Made by a program: the position numbers and the translations under genes
DNA from: Eubacteriales bacterium
Lineage (GTDB): Bacteria; Bacillota; Clostridia; Oscillospirales; CAG-272
Direction: 5' to 3'
DNA length: 64,000 bases
NCBI GenBank assembly: GCA_045542075.1
Contig: JAZQKI010000001.1
Location: 488 to 64,487 of the forward strand
Shown: one piece after another, positions 44,223 through 53,590 of the stretch
How the letters are laid out: the number at the start of each line of letters is the position of its first letter
How positions within the stretch are numbered: the first letter of the stretch is position 1
The notes under the pieces: model-generated
Databases searched by the model: none
What the model was told of the DNA's origin: nothing
Seen by the model: the letters and a program-made list of their open reading frames with translations, nothing else

Positions 44223-46253
44223 TTATTCTCTTATAAACCAACCTTCCGCGATATCTTCGGTTTTGTCGCCCCATGATATCGGTGCGCCTGTTCTTTTGTT
44301 ATAGGTCTGCTTTTCAATGTTGCTTGAATACCTGAATTCATTCGGCGCATTCTTGTATTTTTCCGTACGGTATATCTCGCTCATAACGTCGTCCCATATT
44401 TTTATTGAGGGATTGCCGAGCGATGCGCTTATAGGCTCGGGATAATCATATCCGCACCACACTCCGCCGAGGAGCGAAGGGGTATATCCAACAAAGAGTC
44501 TGTCACAATTATTTTGAGTGGTTCCCGTCTTGCCGGCGACTGAAACCTGATCTGCCAGGGAGATCCTTCCCTTTGCCGTTCCTCTGCTGACGACCTCGCA
44601 GAGAAGCTTGGTCATGACGGACGCGCTTTCTTCTTTTATAACGCTTGTTTGATTTTGCCTGTTGTCGAAAATAATATTTCCGTCAGCGTCGGTGACCTTG
44701 TAATACGAGCGGGATCTGCTCATATTTCCTTGCGCGAATATACTGTAAGCCGAGACAAGCTCGCGCAGCGTTATTCCGTGAAGGGTTTGTCCAAGTGCCA
44801 GGGATACGGCGTTTTGGTCGTCAGGCGAGCTTTTTGACGGGCTGACAAGGCTTTGGATATTAAGACTGTCCTTCAAAAAGGATAACGACTTGTCCTCTCC
44901 AAGCTTGTAAAGCATTTTTACGGCGACCGTATTTACCGAATTTGCTATAGCATCGGATATATCAATGTTTCCGGAATAAATCCTATTTGCGTTTTGCGGC
45001 CATTCCTTGCCCGAGGCCGAGCTTACGGGTGAATCTTCAACAATTGTTGACCAGCTTATCTCCCCGCTGTCAATCAGGGGCGCATATACGGATATTGGTT
45101 TTATAGCCGAGCCGGGCGGACGCTTTGTGTCGGTGGCATAATTCTGTAAAAGCTCACCCTGCTTTGTTCCCACCGCTCCCACAATGCCTAAAATATTTCC
45201 GTTATAGGGATCTGTTATTATCATAGCGGACTGTGGAGGTGGCTTGTTTGTAGTCAACCTCTTATCAAGTGATACGTAGTAGCGCTCAAGTATTGTCTGT
45301 ATTTCGGGGTCAACGGTAGTGTATATCTTAAGACCGCCGTGAAAGATCCGGCTATACGCGAATTGACGCGAGTATCCGAGAGACATAAAATCACCTACAA
45401 GGTCTGAAATGACTGTCTCGGTAAACCACGAGTTTTTTGAGTTTTGATAATTAGTATCCGTGCTTAATGTCAGAGGTTGTTCCTTTGCGCGGTTGTATTC
45501 ATTCTCAGAAATATAGCCCTGCTCCAGCATGCAGTAAAGTACAGTATCTCTCCGTCTTTTAGTGTTTTCAGGGTGTCTTATGGGGTCATAAAGAGAAGGA
45601 TTGTTTGTTATCGCGGCTATTGTTGCAATCTCATGCAACAGAAGCTTGTCGGGGCTTTTTGAAAAATAATATTCCGAGGCTGCGCCAACACCCGTGCATC
45701 CGTTTGAAAGATTGATTATGTTAAGATATATTTCAAGTATTTCGTCCTTTGAATGATTTTTTTCAAGATTTAAGGCCTGGAATACTTCGTTTATTTTTCT
45801 TTGCGGTGTACGCTGACTTTGTCCAGTAATATTTTTGACGGTCTGCTGTGTTATGGTGGATGCGCCAAACGAGGATGATTTTTTCAGGACGTAATTAAGC
45901 ACCGCCTTACCGCTTCGCAAAAAGTCTACCCCGCCGTGCTTGAAGAATCGCTTATCCTCAATCGCCACAAATGCGTTGATCATATTTTGTGGTATCTTAC
46001 TTATGGGGGTGTACTTGTATTTTGCGCTCGAGCTTGACAGATTTTCAGTGAGGACGAGCGGATGATTTGCGTCTCCGTTCTCATAATAGTACAAGGTGGT
46101 ATTATCATCACGCTGTACACTTGAAAGTAAGTCGTTGTTTATTTGAAGCTTTGATTTATCCGAAAGCAACATAAATGCGCCTGCCGAAGCCACGGTGCCG
46201 AAAAGCATTGAAATAATTATAATGATAAGTATGGCGCTGACAAATTTTTTCAT
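44223..46253 (-). CDS. class A penicillin-binding protein (glycosyltransferase + transpeptidase)
   Basis: 676 aa with an N-terminal TM anchor. The GT51 motifs are AFVAIEDKRFFKHGGVD and GASTITQQ. The transpeptidase motifs are GSAIKP (SxxK) and KTGTT. Confidence 0.92.
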   Translation of the reverse strand: MKKFVSAILIIIIISMLFGTVASAGAFMLLSDKSKLQINNDLLSSVQRDDNTTLYYYENGDANHPLVLTENLSSSSAKYKYTPISKIPQNMINAFVAIEDKRFFKHGGVDFLRSGKAVLNYVLKKSSSFGASTITQQTVKNITGQSQRTPQRKINEVFQALNLEKNHSKDEILEIYLNIINLSNGCTGVGAASEYYFSKSPDKLLLHEIATIAAITNNPSLYDPIRHPENTKRRRDTVLYCMLEQGYISENEYNRAKEQPLTLSTDTNYQNSKNSWFTETVISDLVGDFMSLGYSRQFAYSRIFHGGLKIYTTVDPEIQTILERYYVSLDKRLTTNKPPPQSAMIITDPYNGNILGIVGAVGTKQGELLQNYATDTKRPPGSAIKPISVYAPLIDSGEISWSTIVEDSPVSSASGKEWPQNANRIYSGNIDISDAIANSVNTVAVKMLYKLGEDKSLSFLKDSLNIQSLVSPSKSSPDDQNAVSLALGQTLHGITLRELVSAYSIFAQGNMSRSRSYYKVTDADGNIIFDNRQNQTSVIKEESASVMTKLLCEVVSRGTAKGRISLADQVSVAGKTGTTQNNCDRLFVGYTPSLLGGVWCGYDYPEPISASLGNPSIKIWDDVMSEIYRTEKYKNAPNEFRYSSNIEKQTYNKRTGAPISWGDKTEDIAEGWFIRE

Positions 46254-46386
46254 TTTTCTGCTCCCTTTTTTTATTTATTTTTTCTCGTAATTTCGGGAGT
46301 AAAACGAGGTAAGTTTGATGCTTTTTGCCATAAAAAAACGTAAAATAAAAAATAACCCAATAAAGAATTGGGTTATTTCAACATTT

Positions 46387-47151
46387 TTATATACTTCTCA
46401 CGTGAATTGACAATACCTCCGTCGGATTGAACAGTCTTGGTATTTTTATGGGACGCGTGCTATTGGAGCAACCGCGGCTTATTATTAGACGTCCGTCGTG
46501 AATTCCCGACGTATATTTTGGGAAGAATCCTTGGCTCGGCGCATAAAGTCCACGACCGAAAAAACTCCACTGACCGCCGTGCGCGTGTCCCGACAGTATC
46601 ATGTCAATATCCTTATCGGCAAGATATTTCGGATAATATTCGGGATGGTGGCAGATCAGTATTTTGTACTGAGATAGCTTTGAAAAGCTCTCAACAAAAT
46701 GAATATTAGGTCTGCCGTCATTCTTATGCGATCCCGATATAAGTCCTCCTATTGCGATATTGTCATTGAGCAGATTATATGAGTCAAAAACTGTGTGTAC
46801 GCCAAGACCTTCAAGTTGCTCGAGAATGCGTGTCGGTATGCTTTTGTATCCCGCAATTTCTGGATATCCCTCATGGGGCTCGCCCTCAATTTCGTGATTT
46901 CCGAGGCAGTAATACGTTGGCGCAATTTTTACTGACTGCTCAAAAAACATAAATCCGTTTTGATTTATTTGCGAGTTTTTATCCTCAAAGCACTCAAATA
47001 TATCTCCCGCGCAAAGAATTACATCCGGGTGTATCTGCTCAAGCGCAGATATCACGGGCGAGGGCTCTTTTGAATGCAGGTCTGCGACAACGGCAATTTT
47101 AAGGTCGATATTGGGTTTTTGAGTTTGTAAATTATATTCCGTTATCTTCAA
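46387..47151 (-). CDS. metallophosphoesterase
   Basis: 254 aa. IAVVADLHS...CAGDIF...GNHE...SGHAHGGQ are calcineurin-like phosphoesterase motifs. Confidence 0.85.
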   Translation of the reverse strand: MKITEYNLQTQKPNIDLKIAVVADLHSKEPSPVISALEQIHPDVILCAGDIFECFEDKNSQINQNGFMFFEQSVKIAPTYYCLGNHEIEGEPHEGYPEIAGYKSIPTRILEQLEGLGVHTVFDSYNLLNDNIAIGGLISGSHKNDGRPNIHFVESFSKLSQYKILICHHPEYYPKYLADKDIDMILSGHAHGGQWSFFGRGLYAPSQGFFPKYTSGIHDGRLIISRGCSNSTRPIKIPRLFNPTEVLSIHVRSI

Positions 47152-47152
47152 A

Positions 47153-47635
47153 TCAGACTCCCTCGATTCCCTGTTCTATAAGATGCTCCGCTAAAAGCCG
47201 CGCGGCAACCTTTACGAGCTCGCCGCAGGGACGCTTTTTATAGTATTGCGGGCTTCTCTGCTCGGGCTCTCCGCCGTCTGTGTGAGGCACGCCTGCAAGC
47301 AGCTCCCGACAAATTATTGAACCGTTCTCGTCAGAGTATTTTCCAGCAAGTCCGCGCACCTTTTCGTAGAGTTGGCTTTTGCCTGTAACGTCCTTGGGAT
47401 CGGAATATCCAAGCAGCATTCCCTCAACAATAAACATGCCGCTTACCGCTCCGCATACCTCGCGCATTCTTCCCATACCCCCACCAAACGGCGATGCGAG
47501 TTTTGAGAGAGTTTCTTTATCCGCAGGTAAAAGGTCGGCAAAAGCAAGGACTACTGCCTGAGCGCAGTTATAGCCTTCTGTAAAGTATTCCTTTGCTATC
47601 TCGGAGCGAGCCGAGACTCTTTGTTCTGTGCACAT
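47153..47635 (-). CDS. C_GCAxxG_C_C-family redox-type protein
   Basis: 160 aa. The pattern is YNCAQAV...VCGAVSG...ICRELL...RPCGELV. All positions are Cys and there is no in-frame TGA. Confidence 0.75.
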   Translation of the reverse strand: MCTEQRVSARSEIAKEYFTEGYNCAQAVVLAFADLLPADKETLSKLASPFGGGMGRMREVCGAVSGMFIVEGMLLGYSDPKDVTGKSQLYEKVRGLAGKYSDENGSIICRELLAGVPHTDGGEPEQRSPQYYKKRPCGELVKVAARLLAEHLIEQGIEGV

Positions 47636-47688
47636 ATATTTGCAGTCCTCTCAAAAAAATTTATATAATTATTTTATCAGAAAATACT

Positions 47689-50010
47689 TCACCCGTCAAT
47701 CCTTGAAAACCTAAATCTATATATCTCGGGCGACAGGATCAGTATTGTATCGGGCGAGACGTACGAGCTTGTGTCATAATATGATGCGATCTTGTCTGTT
47801 GAGAATATCACTGTCTCGATATTAAAGCCGTTTTGTATTTTATATTTTTGCTTGGGAGCGGGACCTCGACTGCCGAAAATAAGATGGTCGGTGTTCTCAA
47901 GCGTGTCGAACACATCCTGCGCAAGATCGCTTTCCACGTAAGACGGCGAAACGTATGTCAGAGACTCATTACCAACATTAACGGACAGCATGGTTATCGG
48001 AGCGGTTGAGCGGCTAATGGTTTCCCTGTTTATTTTTACCGAAAGACCATCTATAAGGTATAGCTCTTCGCCATCCTCGTAAAATTCCACGATTACCCCG
48101 TGATCTGCGGCACATTCCATTATTGCTGTCATTCTGAAATAGTCGTCGTTGTTATCAGGCTTTGGTATGTATAGCTTTCTTATGAGCTGTGACTGAAATG
48201 ATTTTGAGAGGCTTGAAATATGAGCTGTTGTGTATTTCGTAAGCACGAAGCAGTCTATCTCGGTAGCATTGAGGTGGCTTAGCTCACTGTATGCGAAGTT
48301 CAGGCTTGAATAATATCCCGGGGTCATATCAAACAGCACAGTATCCTCACCGTTGTTTGCGAGAATTACGTTTCTGTCGTCTGCCTGGTTGACGTATGAT
48401 ATTCGTATGTCATCAGCATTTTGATGAGACACGCACCCAATAGCTACGAAAAAGACGGTAAGCGCGATAATAAACGGCACAGGCGACAGATATTTGCGCT
48501 TGAATCTCAACGCAAGACAGAAAAACAGTATAATTCCTAAAATTACTGCGGCGACTGTGATGAATTCATAGTTGAGAGATATTATGCAATCATCTCGTAA
48601 GGATATTTTTTCGCAATATCCTATCATGAATTTTGCGCAAGCTGTGATTCCCATCTCTATAAGCTTTCCGAGAACGGGCACCTTCATAAATACAAGATAA
48701 AGCGGTATCATTATGAGCAATGCCTCGGTTGGAAGCCCTAAAAGTAAGGAGGATGGCACCGAAAACAAAGACATCTCCTGCGTGAAGATGCAAAAAACTA
48801 TGATAAGAGGTGCAATTGCACAAACAGACGTCAAGATCAGTATAATAAAGGTGCGTATGGGGGCGATTATTATTTTCCACTTTGAATAATACGGCTGAAA
48901 CGTGTAGAACGCGAAGCTTTGAAAAGTCGGGATATATACTAAAATTCCAAATGTTGCGGCAAATGACATCCAAAAGCCCGCGTCAAGAATTGCATATGGA
49001 GAAATCGCAAAAATGATCACACCCGCAATCGAGAGTGATGTCAGCGGATCAGACTGATAAGAGCATATCATTGAAAGATACACTGTCAAAAGCATAATTA
49101 TGGAACGTGTGGCTGATATTGAAAATCCTGTGAAGGCAAGATAAAACAGAGCAAGCAGAGAAAGTATCACGGCGCGCGCCTTGTAAGGAACAAAAAGTCT
49201 TTTGAGTATAAATGCAATAACACCGAATATTATACTCATATGCATACCGCTTATCGCCAGTATATGTGATGCGCCCGCGCGTCTGAAATCACGCTTGATG
49301 CTTGTGGGGATGACCTCCTTATTTCCAAGGAACAGGGCGGAGCTTACACCTCCGACGTCATCGCCTAAGGCGTTGATCAGCTTATGAGATAGTCTTGTGT
49401 TTATTCTTGAGAGGACGGCTAAGGGATGATTGCTTTTTTCCATATATACGCCGAGATCCTCCTCGGAGTCCGATACGAACTTAACGAGTATTCCGTCGGC
49501 GAGCATCATGTCCGCTTCCCTATATGAGCCGACCTGTTCTTCAAATTCACCGCGCGTGAACTGACCGTGTATCTCGTTTCCGGGCTGAATGTTGGCGAGA
49601 TAATCACATTCAAGGTTTGCTTTGAAGGAATCGGACCTGCCGTTTATGCTTGTGACGAGGATGGTATATTCGCTCGATGCTCCCGCCGCATATGACTCTG
49701 AGAGAACTATACCCTCGATCATATATTCCTGATATTCGGGGAGATCTTTATATTTTTTGAATCTGAGATCAAAAAACGAAAACGAAGAAGCTGCCGATAG
49801 GATAATGAACACGCAACAAAAAATAATCGTGATGAATTTATTGATCGGGATCTTACGGAGAATTCTGAGCGTTACAAATATCAGTGCGACAAGCAAGGAA
49901 ACTGCGGCGCATACTATTTTTGTTTTTAGATCGAGGTTATAAAAAATAACGGAGAAAGTAATAAATAACATACATCCGCAAAACAAGGGTCTATTCTTAA
50001 AAATGCTCAT
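47689..50010 (-). CDS. comEC: ComEC/Rec2-family membrane protein with degenerate C-terminal metallo-beta-lactamase-like domain
   Basis: 773 aa. The competence-domain motif is RRAGASHILAISGMHMSIIFG, with many TM helices. The C-terminal domain reads FVLTKYTTAHISS where THxHxDH is expected. Confidence 0.85.
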   Translation of the reverse strand: MSIFKNRPLFCGCMLFITFSVIFYNLDLKTKIVCAAVSLLVALIFVTLRILRKIPINKFITIIFCCVFIILSAASSFSFFDLRFKKYKDLPEYQEYMIEGIVLSESYAAGASSEYTILVTSINGRSDSFKANLECDYLANIQPGNEIHGQFTRGEFEEQVGSYREADMMLADGILVKFVSDSEEDLGVYMEKSNHPLAVLSRINTRLSHKLINALGDDVGGVSSALFLGNKEVIPTSIKRDFRRAGASHILAISGMHMSIIFGVIAFILKRLFVPYKARAVILSLLALFYLAFTGFSISATRSIIMLLTVYLSMICSYQSDPLTSLSIAGVIIFAISPYAILDAGFWMSFAATFGILVYIPTFQSFAFYTFQPYYSKWKIIIAPIRTFIILILTSVCAIAPLIIVFCIFTQEMSLFSVPSSLLLGLPTEALLIMIPLYLVFMKVPVLGKLIEMGITACAKFMIGYCEKISLRDDCIISLNYEFITVAAVILGIILFFCLALRFKRKYLSPVPFIIALTVFFVAIGCVSHQNADDIRISYVNQADDRNVILANNGEDTVLFDMTPGYYSSLNFAYSELSHLNATEIDCFVLTKYTTAHISSLSKSFQSQLIRKLYIPKPDNNDDYFRMTAIMECAADHGVIVEFYEDGEELYLIDGLSVKINRETISRSTAPITMLSVNVGNESLTYVSPSYVESDLAQDVFDTLENTDHLIFGSRGPAPKQKYKIQNGFNIETVIFSTDKIASYYDTSSYVSPDTILILSPEIYRFRFSRIDG

Positions 50011-50076
50011 TACCTATCTCCTTTCTAAAAAAATATAGTATAAAAAGTCCAAAATAAAAAAATTTTTCAAAATTGC

Positions 50077-50105
50077 TTGACAAACGGATTAAAAGACTAT
50101 ATAAT
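50077..50105 (+). promoter_or_regulatory. putative sigma-A promoter of acpP
   Basis: TTGACA (50077-50082), a 17-nt spacer, then TATAAT (50100-50105). Confidence 0.65.
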
Positions 50106-50166
50106 AAGCGTGTTGTGACAGTTGAAGCTATTCGACTGCAAATGAAAATTTACAGGAGGAATTGAA

Positions 50167-50391
50167 ATGTTTGAGAAAGTTAAGGAGCTTCTCGTATCTG
50201 AGCTCCAGATAAACGAGTCTGATATCACACTTGATGCAGAGCTTTCTGCTGACCTTGGAATCAACTCTATCGAGCTTGCTGACCTTGTATTGATCTGCGA
50301 GGAAAAGTTCGATCTTACCATTGAGGATGAAGATCTTCATTCTTTCATCACTGTTGGTGACGTAGTAAACTATCTCGAGTCAACCCTTTGA
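50167..50391 (+). CDS. acpP: acyl carrier protein
   Basis: 74 aa. DLGINSIELADLV contains the phosphopantetheine Ser motif (D-x-x-x-S). The RBS is AGGAGGA. Confidence 0.9.
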   Translation: MFEKVKELLVSELQINESDITLDAELSADLGINSIELADLVLICEEKFDLTIEDEDLHSFITVGDVVNYLESTL

Positions 50392-50409
50392 TTTGACAAA
50401 CTTCAATAT

Positions 50410-50446
50410 ATAATCCGCATCCTGATCTACGGGATGCGGATTTTCT
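50410..50446. terminator. bidirectional terminator between acpP and ispE
   Basis: Stem aatccgcatcc / ggatgcggatt followed by TTTC. Confidence 0.8.
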
Positions 50447-51289
50447 TTATACAGGCTCGCACAGATAAGCAACGGCACCCATACCCGTGAGCGCAACGCA
50501 TGCGTCGGTTGCCTTCTCCTTTGATGAGAATATTCCAAATACGGATGGGCCGCTTCCACTCATCATGGAATGCTCCGCTCCGTATCTCAGCATAGTGTCC
50601 TTTATTTTTTGCACTGCGGGGCGCTCGGGTATGACCGCCGATTCGAAAATGTTGAACATCCCGCGCAAATTTTCTTCTTCAAGCAAGGCGAGAAAATCTC
50701 TTCGCGGTCTGTAATTTTCAAAATTATCAAACATTGAATCAAGCATAGAGTACGCTTTGGGAGTGGACACACCGTCTCCCATCTTGGAGATTACGATATA
50801 GCAGTCAGAGAGCGGCTTAAAATCAGTCAGCTTCTCTCCGATTCCGCGCGTGAGCTTTGTTCCGCCCGAAATACAGAAAGGAACGTCTGCGCCGATTTTT
50901 GCGCCAATGGACAGAAGCTCGTCGGCACTCTTTTTGTTTCCTGTCAGCTGATTCAAAAGCGTAAGAACTGCCGCCGCATCCGTACTGCCTCCCGCAAGTC
51001 CTGCTGCCGCGGGAATTCTTTTTTCGATGTGTATTTTAACCTTGCCCGAATCAAGAAAAAGGTTTGCAGCTTTGTAGGCTATATTCTTTTCTCCAAGCGG
51101 AATTGAAGGGTCGTCGCAGCTTATCTCGATAGACTTTTCAGCACTCTCACTGTATTCCACGGTGACAGTGTCACAAAGGCTGACGCTCTGCATAACGCTT
51201 ATTATATTGTGATATCCGTCGACTCTTTTGGATTCTATATCCAAAAACAGATTTATTTTGGCGTAAGCATCCTTTTGCAGTATCTTCAT
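50447..51289 (-). CDS. ispE: 4-diphosphocytidyl-2-C-methyl-D-erythritol kinase
   Basis: 280 aa. AYAKINLFLDI...DGYHNI...IEKRIPAAAGLAGGSTDAAAVL is a GHMP kinase signature. Confidence 0.93.
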   Translation of the reverse strand: MKILQKDAYAKINLFLDIESKRVDGYHNIISVMQSVSLCDTVTVEYSESAEKSIEISCDDPSIPLGEKNIAYKAANLFLDSGKVKIHIEKRIPAAAGLAGGSTDAAAVLTLLNQLTGNKKSADELLSIGAKIGADVPFCISGGTKLTRGIGEKLTDFKPLSDCYIVISKMGDGVSTPKAYSMLDSMFDNFENYRPRRDFLALLEEENLRGMFNIFESAVIPERPAVQKIKDTMLRYGAEHSMMSGSGPSVFGIFSSKEKATDACVALTGMGAVAYLCEPV

Positions 51290-51429
51290 AAGGCTCCCCC
51301 TTCAGCTTTTATACGTATATTATACTACGTTTTTTCATTTTTTCTGTTAATATATGTTAAATTTTTTAATAAATAGCCGAGAAATCCGCTGTTTTTACAA
51401 AAAAATAAGAATTGGGAGCGGAGTTAATC

Positions 51430-51458
51430 TTGACGAATAATCAAAAAAGGTATATAAT
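51430..51458 (+). promoter_or_regulatory. putative sigma-A promoter
   Basis: TTGACG (51430-51435), a 17-nt spacer, then TATAAT (51453-51458). Confidence 0.65.
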
Positions 51459-51543
51459 ATAATTTGAGGCGGACGTAAAGGCGCTGCCCGGAATTTTACA
51501 AATAAAAATCAAGGATGAATTTAATAAAAAAGGAGATAGAAAA

Positions 51544-51798
51544 ATGGAACACATTACTTACACTCCCCATGGAGTTTGCTCAAGAAAAATAGACATAGAC
51601 GTTGAGGACGGAATTATCAAGGATGCCAAATTCACTGGCGGCTGCTCGGGTAATACCCAGGGCGTTTGCTCTCTGCTTATCGGCATGAGCGTTGAGGAGG
51701 CAATAAAGAGACTTGAGGGTATCAAGTGCGGTCCTCGTCCCACGTCCTGTCCCGACCAGCTTTCCCGCGCGCTCAAGGAATATCTTGCAAATAAATAA
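51544..51798 (+). CDS. TIGR03905-type TSCPD-domain small Cys protein
   Basis: 84 aa. YTPHGVCSRKIDIDVEDGII.DAKFTGGCSGNTQGV..L..G....E.I..L.GI.CG.R.TSCPDQL. Confidence 0.8.
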   Translation: MEHITYTPHGVCSRKIDIDVEDGIIKDAKFTGGCSGNTQGVCSLLIGMSVEEAIKRLEGIKCGPRPTSCPDQLSRALKEYLANK

Positions 51799-51813
51799 TA
51801 ATAGAGGTGTCAA

Positions 51814-53529
51814 ATGGAAAAGTATTTGGAAAACTACAACCGTTGGTTAAACTCCCCCGTTCTTTCCCAGGCAGAAAAGCAGGAGCTTTTGTCAATCAAG
51901 GATGACGAAAACGAGATAAAGTTCCGCTTTTCATCTTATCTGTCCTTTGGTACTGCGGGACTCCGCGGCACAATGAAGGTCGGCATGAACGCGATGAATA
52001 TCTACACCGTCGCTCACGCAACGCAGGGCCTCGCTTCCCTCATTTTGAAGGAAGGCAGAGCGGCAGACGGCGTGGCTATCGCGTACGACTCCAGAAACAA
52101 CTCCGAGCTTTTTGCCCACGTATCCGCAGAGGTGCTTGCGGCGTCAGGAATTCCCGTTTACATTTTTGACGCGCTTCGCCCCACACCCGAGCTTTCATTT
52201 GCTCTTCGTGAGCTGAAATGCGTTGCGGGTATTAACATAACGGCATCTCACAACCCCAAGCAGTATAACGGCTATAAGGCTTATTGGGAGGACGGTGCAC
52301 AGCTTCCCCCCGAGCACGCGGACACAGTAAGTGCTGAGATTGCAAAGGTTGACATTTTTGACGGCGTTAAGAGAATGGACTTTGACGAGGGCGTAAAGTC
52401 GGGTATTATCACTATAATCGGTGACGAGATCGACGAAAAGTATCTTACTCAGGTTCAGGCGCAGGCGGTAAATCCCAATGCGGTAAAGAACGTATCTGAC
52501 GACCTCAAGATAGTTTACACTCCCCTTCACGGCACGGGACACAAGCTCGTTCCCGAGATCCTCAAGAGAACGGGACTCAAGCATCTCTACACGGTTGATG
52601 AGCAGTGCGTAATAGACGGCAATTTCCCCACAGTTGAGAAGCCCAACCCCGAGTATGCGGAGGTATTTTCTCTCGGTATTGAGCTTGCAAACAAGGTGGG
52701 AAGCGACCTTATAATTGCTACCGACCCCGACGCTGACCGAGTTGGCGTTGTTGCAAGAACAAAGGACGGCTCGTTCAGAACCATCACGGGCAACCAGATG
52801 GGCGCGCTCCTCCTTGACTATATAATCACGGCTTACGAGCAGACAAACACCATGCCCCCTCTTCCCTATGCCGTAAAGACTATCGTGACGACCGAGCTTG
52901 CCTCAAAAATCTGTCAGTCGCACGGAGTTGAGATATTCAACGTGCTTACGGGCTTTAAGTTTATCGGCGAGGTAATCAAGAACCACGAAAAGAGCGGTCA
53001 GGGCTCGTACATTTTCGGCTTTGAGGAGAGCTACGGCTACCTCAAGGGTACTTACGCAAGAGACAAGGACGCTGTCGTGGCTTCAATGCTTATCTGCGAG
53101 ATGACGGCTTACTATGCGGCAAAGAATATGACTCTCTCCGACGCGCTTGAGCTTCTTTACGAGAGATACGGCTACTGCTGCGAGTCCAACTCCGAGATTT
53201 ATATGGAAGGCGTTGACGGTCCCGCAAAGATTGCGGCTATTATGGACGGTCTCCGCAACAACGCTCCCTCCTCTATCGGTGGCGCTGACGTTGTCACCTT
53301 CGGCGACTATAACGCCGAGGAGTTTACGGATATTGCAACGGGCAAGAAGACTCCCACGGGACTTCCCAAGTCAAACGTGCTTTATTTCAAGCTGGACAAC
53401 GGCGACGTTATCATCGTTCGTCCCTCGGGTACAGAGCCCAAGATAAAGTTCTATTTCCTCGTTATTGCTGAAAATGCAGATAACGCGCAGGAAAAGATTT
53501 CAAGCTATAAGGTTTCCCTTGGAATTTAA
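51814..53529 (+). CDS. phosphoglucomutase/phosphomannomutase family protein
   Basis: 571 aa. FGTAGLRG, the active-site motif ITASHNPKQYNGYK, ATDPDADR and GFEESYGY are present. Confidence 0.92.
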   Translation: MEKYLENYNRWLNSPVLSQAEKQELLSIKDDENEIKFRFSSYLSFGTAGLRGTMKVGMNAMNIYTVAHATQGLASLILKEGRAADGVAIAYDSRNNSELFAHVSAEVLAASGIPVYIFDALRPTPELSFALRELKCVAGINITASHNPKQYNGYKAYWEDGAQLPPEHADTVSAEIAKVDIFDGVKRMDFDEGVKSGIITIIGDEIDEKYLTQVQAQAVNPNAVKNVSDDLKIVYTPLHGTGHKLVPEILKRTGLKHLYTVDEQCVIDGNFPTVEKPNPEYAEVFSLGIELANKVGSDLIIATDPDADRVGVVARTKDGSFRTITGNQMGALLLDYIITAYEQTNTMPPLPYAVKTIVTTELASKICQSHGVEIFNVLTGFKFIGEVIKNHEKSGQGSYIFGFEESYGYLKGTYARDKDAVVASMLICEMTAYYAAKNMTLSDALELLYERYGYCCESNSEIYMEGVDGPAKIAAIMDGLRNNAPSSIGGADVVTFGDYNAEEFTDIATGKKTPTGLPKSNVLYFKLDNGDVIIVRPSGTEPKIKFYFLVIAENADNAQEKISSYKVSLGI

Positions 53530-53545
53530 GAGAATAATAAAATAA

Positions 53546-53590
53546 ACCGCCGAGAGCGACTAAAGCAGTTGCTCTCGGCGGTATTTCTTA
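53546..53590. terminator. bidirectional terminator
   Basis: 12-bp stem accgccgagagc / gctctcggcggt followed by ATTTCTT. Confidence 0.75.

Noticed and set aside
47153-47635. Possible selenoprotein (the C_GCAxxG_C_C family has Sec-containing members)
   Set aside because: There is no in-frame TGA and all motif positions are Cys codons. No SECIS-like hairpin is needed to explain the ORF.
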